A stretch of DNA of 64,000 nt, from positions 32,001 to 96,000 of the forward strand of contig CBDCTA010000004.1 of assembly GCA_965221955.1 (NCBI GenBank). The letters are read 5' to 3'. The notes beneath the pieces are model-generated. The model had not been told where the DNA came from. It saw only the letters and a program-made list of their open reading frames with translations, and ran no database searches. A program made the position numbers and the translations under genes. The DNA is from Gammaproteobacteria bacterium. Lineage in GTDB: Bacteria > Pseudomonadota > Gammaproteobacteria > UBA4575. This document shows positions 18,695 through 28,893 of this stretch, piece by piece (the first letter of the stretch is position 1; each line of letters starts with the position of its first letter).

Positions 18695-19984
18695 ATGTAT
18701 CTAAAACACTTTGGGCTTGAACGACAGCCATTTCAGCTGACACCGGATGCCGATTTTCTCTATTTGAGCAAGGCCCACAACCGTGCCAAGTCTTATATGG
18801 AATACACCGTATGGAATCGAGATGGATTTGTAGTGATTACAGGTGAAATTGGTTCGGGTAAGACTACTCTAATACAGCAACTGTTAAGAACAGTTGATGA
18901 AAATGTCCTAATTGCGCGCATTTATCAAACTCAACTAAATGAAATTGAATTTTTTCAGGCAATTTTGCATGAACTTGGCTTAGACCCATTCAAAGCTGGC
19001 AAAGTCGAGCTTATTAGTATGCTGAATGAATTTTTACTTGAGCAGTATGCTGAAGGAAGACAAGTAATATTAATTGTAGACGAGGCGCAAAATCTTAGTA
19101 AGCGGGTACTCGAAGAGCTTCGTATGTTAACAGGGATGGAGACTGACGAAGAAAGAATTTTAAATCTAATCTTGGTGGGGCAACCTGAACTTAAGAATTT
19201 ACTCGATGCCCCTGGAATGGAGCAATTATCACAACGAATTCGATTTAGATTTCATTTATCTGCACTTGATGAAGATGATATCCAAAATTATATTAACCAC
19301 AGGCTGGAAGTGGCGGGAATGCAGAAGAACAAGTCGTCTTCAATCCCTAAAGTTATAAAAGATGAATGTATACCCGTTATTTATCGATACACTGGCGGTA
19401 TTCCGCGTTTAATTAATTCACTATGCGATACAGCATTAATATGTGCGTTTGTTGAAAATAAGAAGACTGTTACAGCAAAAATTATAGAAGAAGCCGTTAA
19501 CGAGCTGCAGTGGGTGCCTTACCATGAGCGCGTGGGAATTAAGGCATTAAAAGGCAAACCAACAACTGCAGTTGAGTTTGATAGCCCAGCAAAATTGATT
19601 GACCTTATGCACGAAGATGACGTGCGTGAATACCCGTTAACTGAGGATACAACTACTATTGGTAGAATAGGTACTAATGATATTCGTTTATTAGATGAAA
19701 TGGTGAGTGGGCATCACGCAAAAATCATTCGTTTTCAAAACAACTACTTTATTGAAGATATCACTAGCACAAATGGTTCATTTGTAAATGGTAAGCGGAT
19801 TCGCAAATGTGTGCTAAAAGATGGCGATAAAATTGCTTTTGGTCCATACAAGATGATTTTCCATCTAGATGTTTCCGAGCTTACAAAAGATATTCCTACA
19901 CTTGATCAAGTTAATTCAAATGACACGATTGTTTCATCCGTTGAAGACACTGTGATTAGTGGCCCAGTTGTGGCAAATAGATAG
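18695..19984 (+). CDS. ExeA/GspA-family AAA ATPase with C-terminal FHA domain
   Basis: MYLKHFGL..PF..TPD, GEIGSGKTT, VDEAQNL, LVGQPEL, TGGIPRLIN; C-terminal IGRIGTND...VSGHHA...STNGSFVNG FHA. Confidence 0.9.
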   Translation: MYLKHFGLERQPFQLTPDADFLYLSKAHNRAKSYMEYTVWNRDGFVVITGEIGSGKTTLIQQLLRTVDENVLIARIYQTQLNEIEFFQAILHELGLDPFKAGKVELISMLNEFLLEQYAEGRQVILIVDEAQNLSKRVLEELRMLTGMETDEERILNLILVGQPELKNLLDAPGMEQLSQRIRFRFHLSALDEDDIQNYINHRLEVAGMQKNKSSSIPKVIKDECIPVIYRYTGGIPRLINSLCDTALICAFVENKKTVTAKIIEEAVNELQWVPYHERVGIKALKGKPTTAVEFDSPAKLIDLMHEDDVREYPLTEDTTTIGRIGTNDIRLLDEMVSGHHAKIIRFQNNYFIEDITSTNGSFVNGKRIRKCVLKDGDKIAFGPYKMIFHLDVSELTKDIPTLDQVNSNDTIVSSVEDTVISGPVVANR

Positions 19985-19987
19985 TAT

Positions 19988-20761
19988 TTAAGTTCGTATT
20001 CCTATGCCTTTATTTAACAAATGAAGGCAAATCAAAAATAGTATAACGAAAAACCCAAGCATAACAATCATTGCGGATTGTAAGCTTATATCAGTTATAC
20101 CTAAGATTCCGCTTCTAAAGCTGTTCACCATATAAAGTATCGGATTAGCAAGTGATACGTTTTGCCAAAATTTTGGAAGCATTTCTATACTGAAAAAGAC
20201 ACCGCCTAGATAGGTTAGAGGTGTAAGCACGAAGGTTGGAATGATTGAAATATCGTCAAAACTATTAGCATAAATCCCATTTATTATTCCTGCTAATGAA
20301 AATAACGCTGCGGTGAGAATGGTTGTAACAATTACTAAGCCGATATTGTGAATTTGCAAATGAGTAAAAAATAGTGCAACAACAGTCACAGCAACGCCAA
20401 CTATAATTCCGCGAGCGATGCCACCAAGCATGAAGCCAAGAATAATGATGTAGTTCGGCATGGGAGATACCAACATTTCCTCAATATGGCGTTGAAATTT
20501 AGAGCTATAAAAAGACGATACAGAATTTGCATAAGAGTTCGTGATGATTCCCATCATAATTAAACCTGGTGCAATGAATTCTATATATGAGTAACCTTGA
20601 ATAGCATTGATTTGTGAGCCAATAAACTTTCCCATAATAATAAAGTATAGGCTCATAGTGATCGCAGGCGGAAGAATAGTTTGGATCCAAATTCTCATGA
20701 ATCGTCGTATTTCTTTAACTACGATAGTACGCAATGCAATAATTTGTTTAATTGGCGACAT
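19988..20761 (-). CDS. yadH: ABC-2 transporter permease (YadH-like)
   Basis: KEIRRFMRIWIQT, FIAPGLIMM, PTFVLTPLTYLGGVF, NPILYMVN. Confidence 0.88.
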   Translation of the reverse strand: MSPIKQIIALRTIVVKEIRRFMRIWIQTILPPAITMSLYFIIMGKFIGSQINAIQGYSYIEFIAPGLIMMGIITNSYANSVSSFYSSKFQRHIEEMLVSPMPNYIIILGFMLGGIARGIIVGVAVTVVALFFTHLQIHNIGLVIVTTILTAALFSLAGIINGIYANSFDDISIIPTFVLTPLTYLGGVFFSIEMLPKFWQNVSLANPILYMVNSFRSGILGITDISLQSAMIVMLGFFVILFLICLHLLNKGIGIRT

Positions 20762-20766
20762 GCCGA

Positions 20767-21696
20767 TTACTGCCCTGATTTACTGGTTAACTTTAGAAAT
20801 AGCTCTTCTAAACGATTAGATTTATTTTTAATGCTTAAAATGGTAATACCTTGTTCATTTAGCGCGAAAAATAATTCATATAGTGATTGCTTATCAGACA
20901 TGGTAACTTCAAGTGTTTTATTATCAATGATGTGATGCTGATAATCATCTAACTTAAGTGGCTCGTGAATTGGGTGTTGCAAATACAAAATAAAACTTTC
21001 TTCACTTAGCTTTTCTAATAACTTACGCATTGTTGTATCAACTATGATCTTGCCATGATCGATGATAGCGATATTTTTGCAAAGACTTTCTGCTTCTTCT
21101 AAATAATGCGTAGTAAGAATAATCGTTTTGCCGTTTTCGTTAATTTCGGTTAATAATTTCCACATCGATCGGCGTATTTCAATATCAACTCCTGCTGTGG
21201 GTTCGTCTAGTATTAAAAGTTTAGGGTCATGCACTAAGGCACGCGCAATCATTAGTCTGCGTTTCATTCCTCCTGATAGTTCACGAGGAGTATGTTTGCG
21301 CTTTTCCCATAAATTTAATTTTTCTAAGCAATCTTCTGCAGCTTCCATTGCCATTTTCGAATCCATGCCATAGTAGCCTGCTTGGTTCTTTACAATCTCC
21401 ACTAATGGCTCAAAGCTATTAAAGTTAAATTCCTGTGGAACCAAGCCTATTTGACTTTTTGCTTTTGAAAAATCCGTGTCAATATCGTATCCCATGATAT
21501 GAACTTGGCCTGAGGTCTTGTTAATTAATGACGTTAGAATTCCAATTAACGTTGATTTACCCGCCCCATTAGGTCCCAATAGCGCGAAGAAATCACCCAT
21601 CTTCACATTGAGATCTATATTCTCCAAAGCAACCACCTTATTCTTATAAGTCTTGCTTAAGTTATGTATCGTTAAAGCATTCTCGCTCATATACAA
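20767..21696 (-). CDS. yadG: ABC transporter ATP-binding protein (YadG-like)
   Basis: GPNGAGKST, LSGGMKRR, ILDEPTAGVD, NRLEELF. Confidence 0.88.
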   Translation of the reverse strand: MYMSENALTIHNLSKTYKNKVVALENIDLNVKMGDFFALLGPNGAGKSTLIGILTSLINKTSGQVHIMGYDIDTDFSKAKSQIGLVPQEFNFNSFEPLVEIVKNQAGYYGMDSKMAMEAAEDCLEKLNLWEKRKHTPRELSGGMKRRLMIARALVHDPKLLILDEPTAGVDIEIRRSMWKLLTEINENGKTIILTTHYLEEAESLCKNIAIIDHGKIIVDTTMRKLLEKLSEESFILYLQHPIHEPLKLDDYQHHIIDNKTLEVTMSDKQSLYELFFALNEQGITILSIKNKSNRLEELFLKLTSKSGQ

Positions 21697-21750
21697 TTGA
21701 TATAATTTATTTTTGAACCCGTTATCAAATTGAGGAAGTGAATATCAAAT

Positions 21751-23127
21751 ATGGATGTAATGCAGTACTTTTATACCGATGAAGATACTAACAGTATTCC
21801 AATTAATGTCGTACATAAGTCTGAATTTAGTGCTTGGAAGAAAGCACAGTCACAAATATTACAAAATTGGTTAGAAACTACACAATTTAAGCCTAAACCA
21901 AGTGCAATATTATGTGTGCCTGGTGAACAAGGTAAATTAGATAGCGTTTTAGCTATCGCCAATAACGAAAATGCTACCTGGGCGTTAGGATCTTGCGCTA
22001 AAAGTCTTCCTTCTGGAAATTATCACCTTGCTACTCAACAAAAAACAGATCAACAAATCTACTTAGGTTGGGCTCTGGGTGCATATGAATTTAGCAATTA
22101 TAAAAAGTCAAAGAATAAAGAAATTAAGCTACAAATTAATGCTGAAATTGATCAAAACTATTTAAACGCTGCCTTAAAAGCTGTAACAATCGTTCGTGAT
22201 ATGGTGAATACTCCAGCAGCAGATATGATGCCGCAACATATTTCGCATGAATGTAAAAATATTGCAGAACAATTTAAGCAAGAAATATCTGAGTGCACTG
22301 GCGATGATTTGCTTACACAAAACTACCCTGTTATTCATGCAGTAGGGCGAGCAAGTGTCCATGCGCCACGTTTAATAGAAATTAATTGGGGTAATTCAAA
22401 ACATCCAAAAGTATGTTTAATAGGTAAAGGTGTCTCATTCGATAGCGGCGGCTTAGATATTAAATCTTCACAAGGTATGCGCTTGATGAAAAAAGACATG
22501 GGTGGCGCTGCTCATGTTATAGGAATTGCATATGCCGTCATGCAATTGAATTTACCTGTTCAATTACAAGTATTGGTGCCTGCTGTAGAAAACGCAATTT
22601 CAGGAGATGCTTTTCGACCTGGTGATGTGCTGACTTCAAGAAGTGGTAAAACCATTGAAATTGATAATACTGATGCAGAAGGGCGCCTTATTTTATGTGA
22701 TGCAATTAGTAAGGCTGTAGAAGATAAACCAGATTTAATAATCGATTTTGCGACTTTAACCGGTGCTGCAAGGATTGCACTTGGCACAGAAGTACCAGCA
22801 TTTTTCACGAATGATGATTCATTGGCAGCAGACTTATTGCATGCTTCTCAATCTATTAATGACCCCGTTTGGCAAATGCCTTTGCACGAATCATATCGAT
22901 ATATGCTGGATAGTACGATTGCAGATATTTGTAATTCTGCTTCTAGCGGTTATGGTGGCGCAATCACAGCAGCATTATTTCTAAAAGAATTTGTACCTGC
23001 AGAGACTAAATGGATTCATTTTGATGTGATGGCTTGGAATACAAGATCCAGAGCAGGGCGTCCTAAAGGTGGCGAAGGCATGGGCTTACGCACTGTAATT
23101 GAGTTTTTGCAACAACGTTATTCGTAA
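21751..23127 (+). CDS. M17 leucyl aminopeptidase (PepB-like)
   Basis: GKGVSFDSGG, MKKDMGGAA, NTDAEGRL, ATLTGA. Confidence 0.93.
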   Translation: MDVMQYFYTDEDTNSIPINVVHKSEFSAWKKAQSQILQNWLETTQFKPKPSAILCVPGEQGKLDSVLAIANNENATWALGSCAKSLPSGNYHLATQQKTDQQIYLGWALGAYEFSNYKKSKNKEIKLQINAEIDQNYLNAALKAVTIVRDMVNTPAADMMPQHISHECKNIAEQFKQEISECTGDDLLTQNYPVIHAVGRASVHAPRLIEINWGNSKHPKVCLIGKGVSFDSGGLDIKSSQGMRLMKKDMGGAAHVIGIAYAVMQLNLPVQLQVLVPAVENAISGDAFRPGDVLTSRSGKTIEIDNTDAEGRLILCDAISKAVEDKPDLIIDFATLTGAARIALGTEVPAFFTNDDSLAADLLHASQSINDPVWQMPLHESYRYMLDSTIADICNSASSGYGGAITAALFLKEFVPAETKWIHFDVMAWNTRSRAGRPKGGEGMGLRTVIEFLQQRYS

Positions 23128-23130
23128 TTC

Positions 23131-24129
23131 ATGACAATTGTGAATAAACATCGGTTTTGTGTTGCTCCTATGTTGCATTGCACAGATAGACATTATCGTT
23201 ATTTAGTACGATTGATGTCGAAGCACTGTTTTTTGTATACCGAAATGATCACTACGGGTGCATTAATCTATGGTGATCGAAATCGTTGGTTAAGTTTGTA
23301 TGATGAAGAGAATCCAGTAGCTTTACAGCTAGGAGGGAGTAATCCAAAAGAAATGGCTCAATGTGCAGAATTTGCTGAAAAATATAAATTTGATGAAGTA
23401 AATATTAATGTTGGTTGTCCTAGTGATCGAGTACAGGCAGGAAAATTCGGTGCTTGTTTAATGTTAGAACCAAAAATTGTTACTGACTGCATAAGAGCAA
23501 TGCAAAACGCATCTAATCTCGAAGTTACCGTAAAGACTCGTATTGGTGTAGACGATCAAGATAGCTATGATTTTTTATATCAATTTGTCGAAAGAATTGC
23601 TTTGGCTGGATGTAAAACGATTATTGTGCATGCACGTAAAGCGGTTCTATCTGGACTCACTCCAAGACAAAACAGAACCATCCCACCTTTACACTATGAA
23701 CATGTTTATCAACTTAAACAGGATTTTCCAGAATTAAACGTGATCATTAATGGTGGAATTAAAAATAAACTAGATATTTCTGAACATTTAAAGCAGGTTG
23801 ATGGAGTCATGATTGGGCGCGAGGCGTATGACGACCCATATTTCTTATCAGATATAGACGAGCTTATCTATGGTAATGAATCTAACTCAATTTCAAGATT
23901 TGAGGTCCTCGAAAAATATAAGATTTACATGCAATCTGAGTTGAATAAAGGAGTGCCTTTGAAAATACTTGCTCAACATATATTTGGGCTATTTAATGGA
24001 ATACCCGGTGCTAGGTCATGGAGACGATATTTAAGCGAACATATATATGCGAAAGAGGCTGGTTTAGAGGTTATTGATGAAGCATTAAAAACAGTTTCAG
24101 AATTTGAGCATATTGCGGTGGCTAGTTAA
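23131..24129 (+). CDS. dusA: tRNA-dihydrouridine(20/20a) synthase
   Basis: VAPM, QLGGS, NINVGCPSDRVQ.G.FGACLM, HARKA.L.GL.P.QNR.IPPL. Confidence 0.93.
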   Translation: MTIVNKHRFCVAPMLHCTDRHYRYLVRLMSKHCFLYTEMITTGALIYGDRNRWLSLYDEENPVALQLGGSNPKEMAQCAEFAEKYKFDEVNINVGCPSDRVQAGKFGACLMLEPKIVTDCIRAMQNASNLEVTVKTRIGVDDQDSYDFLYQFVERIALAGCKTIIVHARKAVLSGLTPRQNRTIPPLHYEHVYQLKQDFPELNVIINGGIKNKLDISEHLKQVDGVMIGREAYDDPYFLSDIDELIYGNESNSISRFEVLEKYKIYMQSELNKGVPLKILAQHIFGLFNGIPGARSWRRYLSEHIYAKEAGLEVIDEALKTVSEFEHIAVAS

Positions 24130-24751
24130 ATAAATATTGATATTTTTCATGCGTAGAAAAATATCGGTAATCTTCAAGTGTATCTAAATCACGCACTCTT
24201 GAAAGGGTGGCATATTTCCACCCAAGATTAGTAATTTTCTGTTGGGTGTATTGAAAAACTTGGTCTGTGCTCCATGTAATATTTTCAAAAATAGATTCGT
24301 CAACTTTACTAAGACCTATAAGCGCATATCCGCCGTCTTCGGTAGGCCCTAATACAATATCATTTCCTGTGTTCAATCTATTAAATGCTTCTTTAATATA
24401 ACTCGAATTAATTTCTAAGCAATCTGTACCAATTAATACAACATTCTTATTTTCATTTAAATGATGATTAATGGCTTGGTACATTTTATTTCCTAAATCG
24501 CCATTGGATTGGGCCCTTAATTCAAAATTAAATTTAGTTCCATATTGTCTTAAAACTGAATGGTTTGTATTTGGATAACAGTATAGATAGGTTTTTATTT
24601 TCGTGAGATGTACATTGGATAGGGTCTTATCAAGTAAGATACGATATATCTTTGCGGCATTTTTATCACCAAGATCTTGAGCCAATCTTGATTTAACAAG
24701 TCCCGCATCGGGCTGTTTACAAAAACATAAAATAATATTTTCGGTTTTCAA
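24122..24751 (-). CDS. TIGR04282/DUF2064 glycosyltransferase-like protein
   Basis: KQP..G.VKSRL, Q..GDLG.KM, LIGTDC, VLGPTEDGGYALIG, WST, DLDT.ED. Confidence 0.85.
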   Translation of the reverse strand: MKTENIILCFCKQPDAGLVKSRLAQDLGDKNAAKIYRILLDKTLSNVHLTKIKTYLYCYPNTNHSVLRQYGTKFNFELRAQSNGDLGNKMYQAINHHLNENKNVVLIGTDCLEINSSYIKEAFNRLNTGNDIVLGPTEDGGYALIGLSKVDESIFENITWSTDQVFQYTQQKITNLGWKYATLSRVRDLDTLEDYRYFSTHEKYQYLFN

Positions 24752-24763
24752 TTTATTGGATGA

Positions 24764-25447
24764 TTATTTTGAATAGTAGCGTTTTGCTAATTTTTCTGCT
24801 GGAACACCAACATAAAAAAGCAAACGTAAGTACCACATTAGTAAAATTGTTTTTAAAACGCCTTGTTGTTCCCATTTGCGACTTGATGTTATTACTTTTT
24901 CAGATAAGCAGACAGGTCGAGAATATTTTCTCAGTTTTTTGCTTAGCTCGATGTCTTCCATAATAGGAATATCAGAAAACCCGCCACTATTGAAATAAAT
25001 TTCGCGTTTCATGAAAAAAGTATGGTCTCCAGTAACAATTCCAGTCAGGCAACTACGTTTGTTCATGAACCATGCAATAACTTTAAAAACGAGCTTTTGA
25101 TTTGTAAATACGACATTAAATCGACCCCAATAGTTATTAGCCTTTTCCATGACGTTACGAATATTACCTAGGCCGGATGGAGGTAACAATGTATCTGCAT
25201 GCATAAATACTAATATTTGGTTGCTACTTTTTTTCGCACCGATATGTAGTTGGTGTCCGCGTGAAGGATTTGTTGAAATACAAATACAACCAATTTGTTC
25301 TGCAATAACAACTGACTGATCAGTGCTGCCTCCATCAACAACAATAACCTCATGTCCTTGTTCTAAGAGTGATGTAAAGATCTTAGTCTGCTCTACAAAA
25401 AACGATTCCTCGTTTAAAACAGGAATAATGAAGGAAAACTTTTGCAT
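24764..25447 (-). CDS. TIGR04283 GT2 glycosyltransferase
   Basis: IIPVLNE, VVDGGSTD, FMHADT, TGDH..F, P.MEDIE, TSSRKW; canonical partner of TIGR04282. Confidence 0.85.
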   Translation of the reverse strand: MQKFSFIIPVLNEESFFVEQTKIFTSLLEQGHEVIVVDGGSTDQSVVIAEQIGCICISTNPSRGHQLHIGAKKSSNQILVFMHADTLLPPSGLGNIRNVMEKANNYWGRFNVVFTNQKLVFKVIAWFMNKRSCLTGIVTGDHTFFMKREIYFNSGGFSDIPIMEDIELSKKLRKYSRPVCLSEKVITSSRKWEQQGVLKTILLMWYLRLLFYVGVPAEKLAKRYYSK

Positions 25448-25611
25448 TAAAAGATTATTTGTACAGTGCGAACGTGTAAATTATTGTAATTTTACATGTT
25501 AAATACTTGATTAGTATGAAAATATTGAATGCAGAAAATACTATATTATTGTTATAATGGCTTGCATAAGCGAATCATTTCAATATCAACAACAAGGGTT
25601 CTGCTTACAAA

Positions 25612-26931
25612 ATGGAGGAGTACATGAAGCTCAAAACTTGCTTATTACCTAAACTGCAATATCCACTTTTCACAATCCTGTTTTTCTTAATTTCTCCTAC
25701 TGTATTTGCTGCCGGTTTTCAGATAAGCGAGCAAAGTGGTACGGGGCTAGGGCGTGCTTTTGCAGGTTTTGGAGTAATTGGTGATGATCTCTCAATGGCG
25801 TTTTACAATCCTGCTGGATTAACACAACAAGAAGGCATGCAACTTCAAGCAACAGGATTCTTAATCGATGGAAGTTCTAGATTTTCTAATAGTGGGTCTA
25901 CATTTACACAAATTCCTGGTGGAACTGCTCTAAGTACAGGCAGCAATGAAGATGGTGGAACATTTGCGATAGTTCCAAATTTGTACTTCATCATGGATTT
26001 AACAGACCGTTTGAAATATGGTTTTGCGATTACTGCGCCATTTGGATTAAGAACAGACTATGATCGTGATTGGGTAGGGAGGTATCAAGCAAAAGAATCT
26101 GAACTAAAAGTTGTAAATATAAATCCTTCGCTAGCATATAAAATCAATGATTCTTTTTCAGTTGGTTTCGGCGTTAGTGCTGAGTATGCAGAGGCTACAC
26201 TTAGCCAAGCGGTATTTACAGTGCTTGGAGATGGTTTTGCGGAAGTAGAAGGTGATGATTGGGCTTATGGTTGGAATACAGGCTTCATGTATCATCCAAG
26301 CCCAACGTTTCGTGCAGCAGTAGGCTTTCGCTCAAAAATTAGTCATGAACTAAAAGGCGACTTAGATATTTCTGGTTTGGTTGGACCGTTTGCGGTGGGG
26401 AACGGTAGGACTAGTGCTAGTGCAAGAGCAACCTTACCAGAAACTGTACATGCTGGTATCTATAAAGAATTTAGTAAGTGGGGGTTATCACTTGGTTTTC
26501 GGTGGACACGATGGAATCGTTTCAAAGAATTAAGAATTAAAAGTACTGGTAACGCTGATGCTGTGACTGAACAGCGCTGGGATAATGTAATTTCTGCAAA
26601 TATTGGAGTTGATTATTTCTATTCTGATAAATTGACTTTGCGAGCCGGTTACATGTTTGATGAATCTCCTACCAGTGACGAATTTAGAACGCCAAGAATT
26701 CCTGACGAAGACAGAAATTGGTTCGCGGTAGGTGCAAGTTATAAATACAATAATCATTTACAACTTGATGCAGGATTCACGCATATTATTGTTGATGACG
26801 CAGATATAGATAAAACAGAAATAGTAGCAGGTCCACCAACTTCACCGGTAGTTGCTATAGATTCACTGGTAGGTGAATATGATGATTCAGATGTAAATAT
26901 TCTTAGTTTGCAGGCTGTTTATAAGTTTTAA
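25612..26931 (+). CDS. fadL: FadL/OmpP1 outer-membrane transporter
   Basis: FA|AGFQISEQS..GLGRAFAG, NPAG, PFGL.TDY, NINPSLAYK, RTPRIPD.DR.W, terminal YKF. Confidence 0.9.
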   Translation: MEEYMKLKTCLLPKLQYPLFTILFFLISPTVFAAGFQISEQSGTGLGRAFAGFGVIGDDLSMAFYNPAGLTQQEGMQLQATGFLIDGSSRFSNSGSTFTQIPGGTALSTGSNEDGGTFAIVPNLYFIMDLTDRLKYGFAITAPFGLRTDYDRDWVGRYQAKESELKVVNINPSLAYKINDSFSVGFGVSAEYAEATLSQAVFTVLGDGFAEVEGDDWAYGWNTGFMYHPSPTFRAAVGFRSKISHELKGDLDISGLVGPFAVGNGRTSASARATLPETVHAGIYKEFSKWGLSLGFRWTRWNRFKELRIKSTGNADAVTEQRWDNVISANIGVDYFYSDKLTLRAGYMFDESPTSDEFRTPRIPDEDRNWFAVGASYKYNNHLQLDAGFTHIIVDDADIDKTEIVAGPPTSPVVAIDSLVGEYDDSDVNILSLQAVYKF

Positions 26932-26963
26932 GCAAGCAAGATTAATCCTTCCGTTCTTCAATA

Positions 26964-27001
26964 CACTCAGTAGCAACATATTGGTAGTTACTGAGTGTTT
27001 T
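26964..27001. terminator. Hairpin between convergent genes, probable terminator
   Basis: acactcagtagc...gttactgagtgt followed by T residues. Confidence 0.5.
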
Positions 27002-27036
27002 AGTTTCAAGAAGCGAAATTTTCTTTCGACTAAGTA

Positions 27037-27684
27037 CTAAAGGTATTGTTTTAAATCATGAATCAGTGATGCCAATTTTTGATCCAGCATCACCACTGCA
27101 TTTTTCCATTTAGAGCGAGCATCGCAGTTATCTTTTATATTAGCTGCAGAGAGTTCCTTCTCGCGTATTAAAATACCAGATTGAGTAAGAAATACGGTAT
27201 ACAGAACATCTGGTAACATTTTTTCATAAGCAGAACTACCGTAGACAGTATCGACGGGTGGGAATCGATTGTCGTATTGTTCTGCGAGTTTGCTTAGATC
27301 AAGTGTAGAGTTGGTTTTTAATTCATGTGCGATATGAAGTTTTGAGTTTTCGTCGCTTATGTTCGCATACCGGCCAGATAATCTATCAAGGCGATACATT
27401 GCATCTAAACCAAATAAAGTAGCCCAAGACTTCCATTTTAGAAATTGGGAATCAATGCGCCATTCATCACCATAAATCTTATAGATATTTTCTTCACAAG
27501 AATTGCCCAACCTAAGTGTTGCATCAAATTCTTGATTGTTTATTTGCGAGAATGTGAGCTGAGCGATGGGTTTTTCTAGCGTTAATCTTTTATAGGTGTA
27601 CAGATTACCTAAAGTTAAAAAAGCTAAAACAAGCAAAACGAGAACAGACAGCTTGAGAAGCTTTTTTGTGATGAGTTTAAGCAT
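27037..27684 (-). CDS. Hypothetical membrane-anchored protein
   Basis: N-terminal TM; GDEWRID..FLKWK, YRLDRLSGRY, DT.YGSS motifs. Confidence 0.7.
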   Translation of the reverse strand: MLKLITKKLLKLSVLVLLVLAFLTLGNLYTYKRLTLEKPIAQLTFSQINNQEFDATLRLGNSCEENIYKIYGDEWRIDSQFLKWKSWATLFGLDAMYRLDRLSGRYANISDENSKLHIAHELKTNSTLDLSKLAEQYDNRFPPVDTVYGSSAYEKMLPDVLYTVFLTQSGILIREKELSAANIKDNCDARSKWKNAVVMLDQKLASLIHDLKQYL

Positions 27685-28123
27685 GTCAGAACTCTAGCAG
27701 TAATCTAATGAATCACTGAGCAAATCATTATGATAGGTAGTGTATTTATTAACTAATGGTGAGAGGGCTTGCTTCTATATATATATGAATAACTTACATA
27801 TATTATATTTAACATAATATATATTATGCGAAGTTATATATAGGGCTACTGCTTCCTGCTATAGCTCTTACCTTACAGAAATTAATCAATGAAACGCCTC
27901 CTTTCCATTCGTATATAGCTGTTGCTTGTATTGATTTATACAGTAAGTGCTATTCAAGACACTAACCGTATACTCCTCGAGTAATACGTAGATCTTACTT
28001 ATCCTATTGATATTTCAATATATTTCCCAAGTTTATCCATTAATTAATAATATTTAATGGTATAAGTATAAAATTATATTAGTATGTACTAATACTTTTA
28101 TTAATAAACAGGGGTAAGTTCCA

Positions 28124-28738
28124 ATGAAATCCTTTATCACTTCTTTTAAATACACGCTTGCAGCATTAGTAGCTGTACTTTTAATCAGTCTCTCAACGGT
28201 TGTTTTTGGAGAATCTAAAGATTCTGAAGAGCAAGCAATTACAGCAAATACTGAAGAATGCAAATTCAAAGCCTATACAGACCCACAAAAAATGGCGGCT
28301 GCAATGGCGAACCCAACTGAATTTATGCAGCTTGTAGCATTAATGAGCCAACCTCAGACCTACCAAAACATGATGGAATGTGGAATGGACACTGCACAAT
28401 GGAATGAAATTGTTGCCAACATGAGTAATCCAGCTACGTATATGGCTGCTTCTGGTCAATTCATGAACCCACAAATGTACATGAATTGGATGACCGCAAT
28501 GATGAACCCAGCTTTCTATACTGCTGCAATGACTCCTTACATGAACCCAGCACTTTATACACAGTGGATGACTGCGATGATGAACCCTGCGTTTTATCAA
28601 GCACCTATGCAAGCAATGGATCCTAAGTGGCAACAAGAAACCACTGCATGGATGATGGACCCTGCAAACTTCCAAAAGATGTTTGAAGGTATGACTGCTT
28701 ACGCACCCGTTGTAGCAGACGCTACACCGGCTAAGTAA
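28124..28738 (+). CDS. Exported Met-rich MNP-repeat protein (13-aa period)
   Basis: Signal peptide; MNPQMYMNWMTAM/MNPAFYTAAMTPY/MNPALYTQWMTAM/MNPAFYQAPMQAM repeats. Confidence 0.8.
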   Translation: MKSFITSFKYTLAALVAVLLISLSTVVFGESKDSEEQAITANTEECKFKAYTDPQKMAAAMANPTEFMQLVALMSQPQTYQNMMECGMDTAQWNEIVANMSNPATYMAASGQFMNPQMYMNWMTAMMNPAFYTAAMTPYMNPALYTQWMTAMMNPAFYQAPMQAMDPKWQQETTAWMMDPANFQKMFEGMTAYAPVVADATPAK

Positions 28739-28828
28739 GTTACAGGAAGTAAATTTAAATTTGCAGGAAGCAATCGGGATGTCATTGACTCTCAGGAACT
28801 AGAGTAGAAACTACACTCCCTTGTACTA

Positions 28829-28863
28829 AGCCTCGATGAAGTAATTTATCGGGGCTTTTTTAT
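28829..28863 (+). terminator. Rho-independent terminator
   Basis: aagcctcgat...atcggggctt plus T tract. Confidence 0.7.
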
Positions 28864-28893
28864 TTAATAACCTCAACCCGCAAATTAATAATT

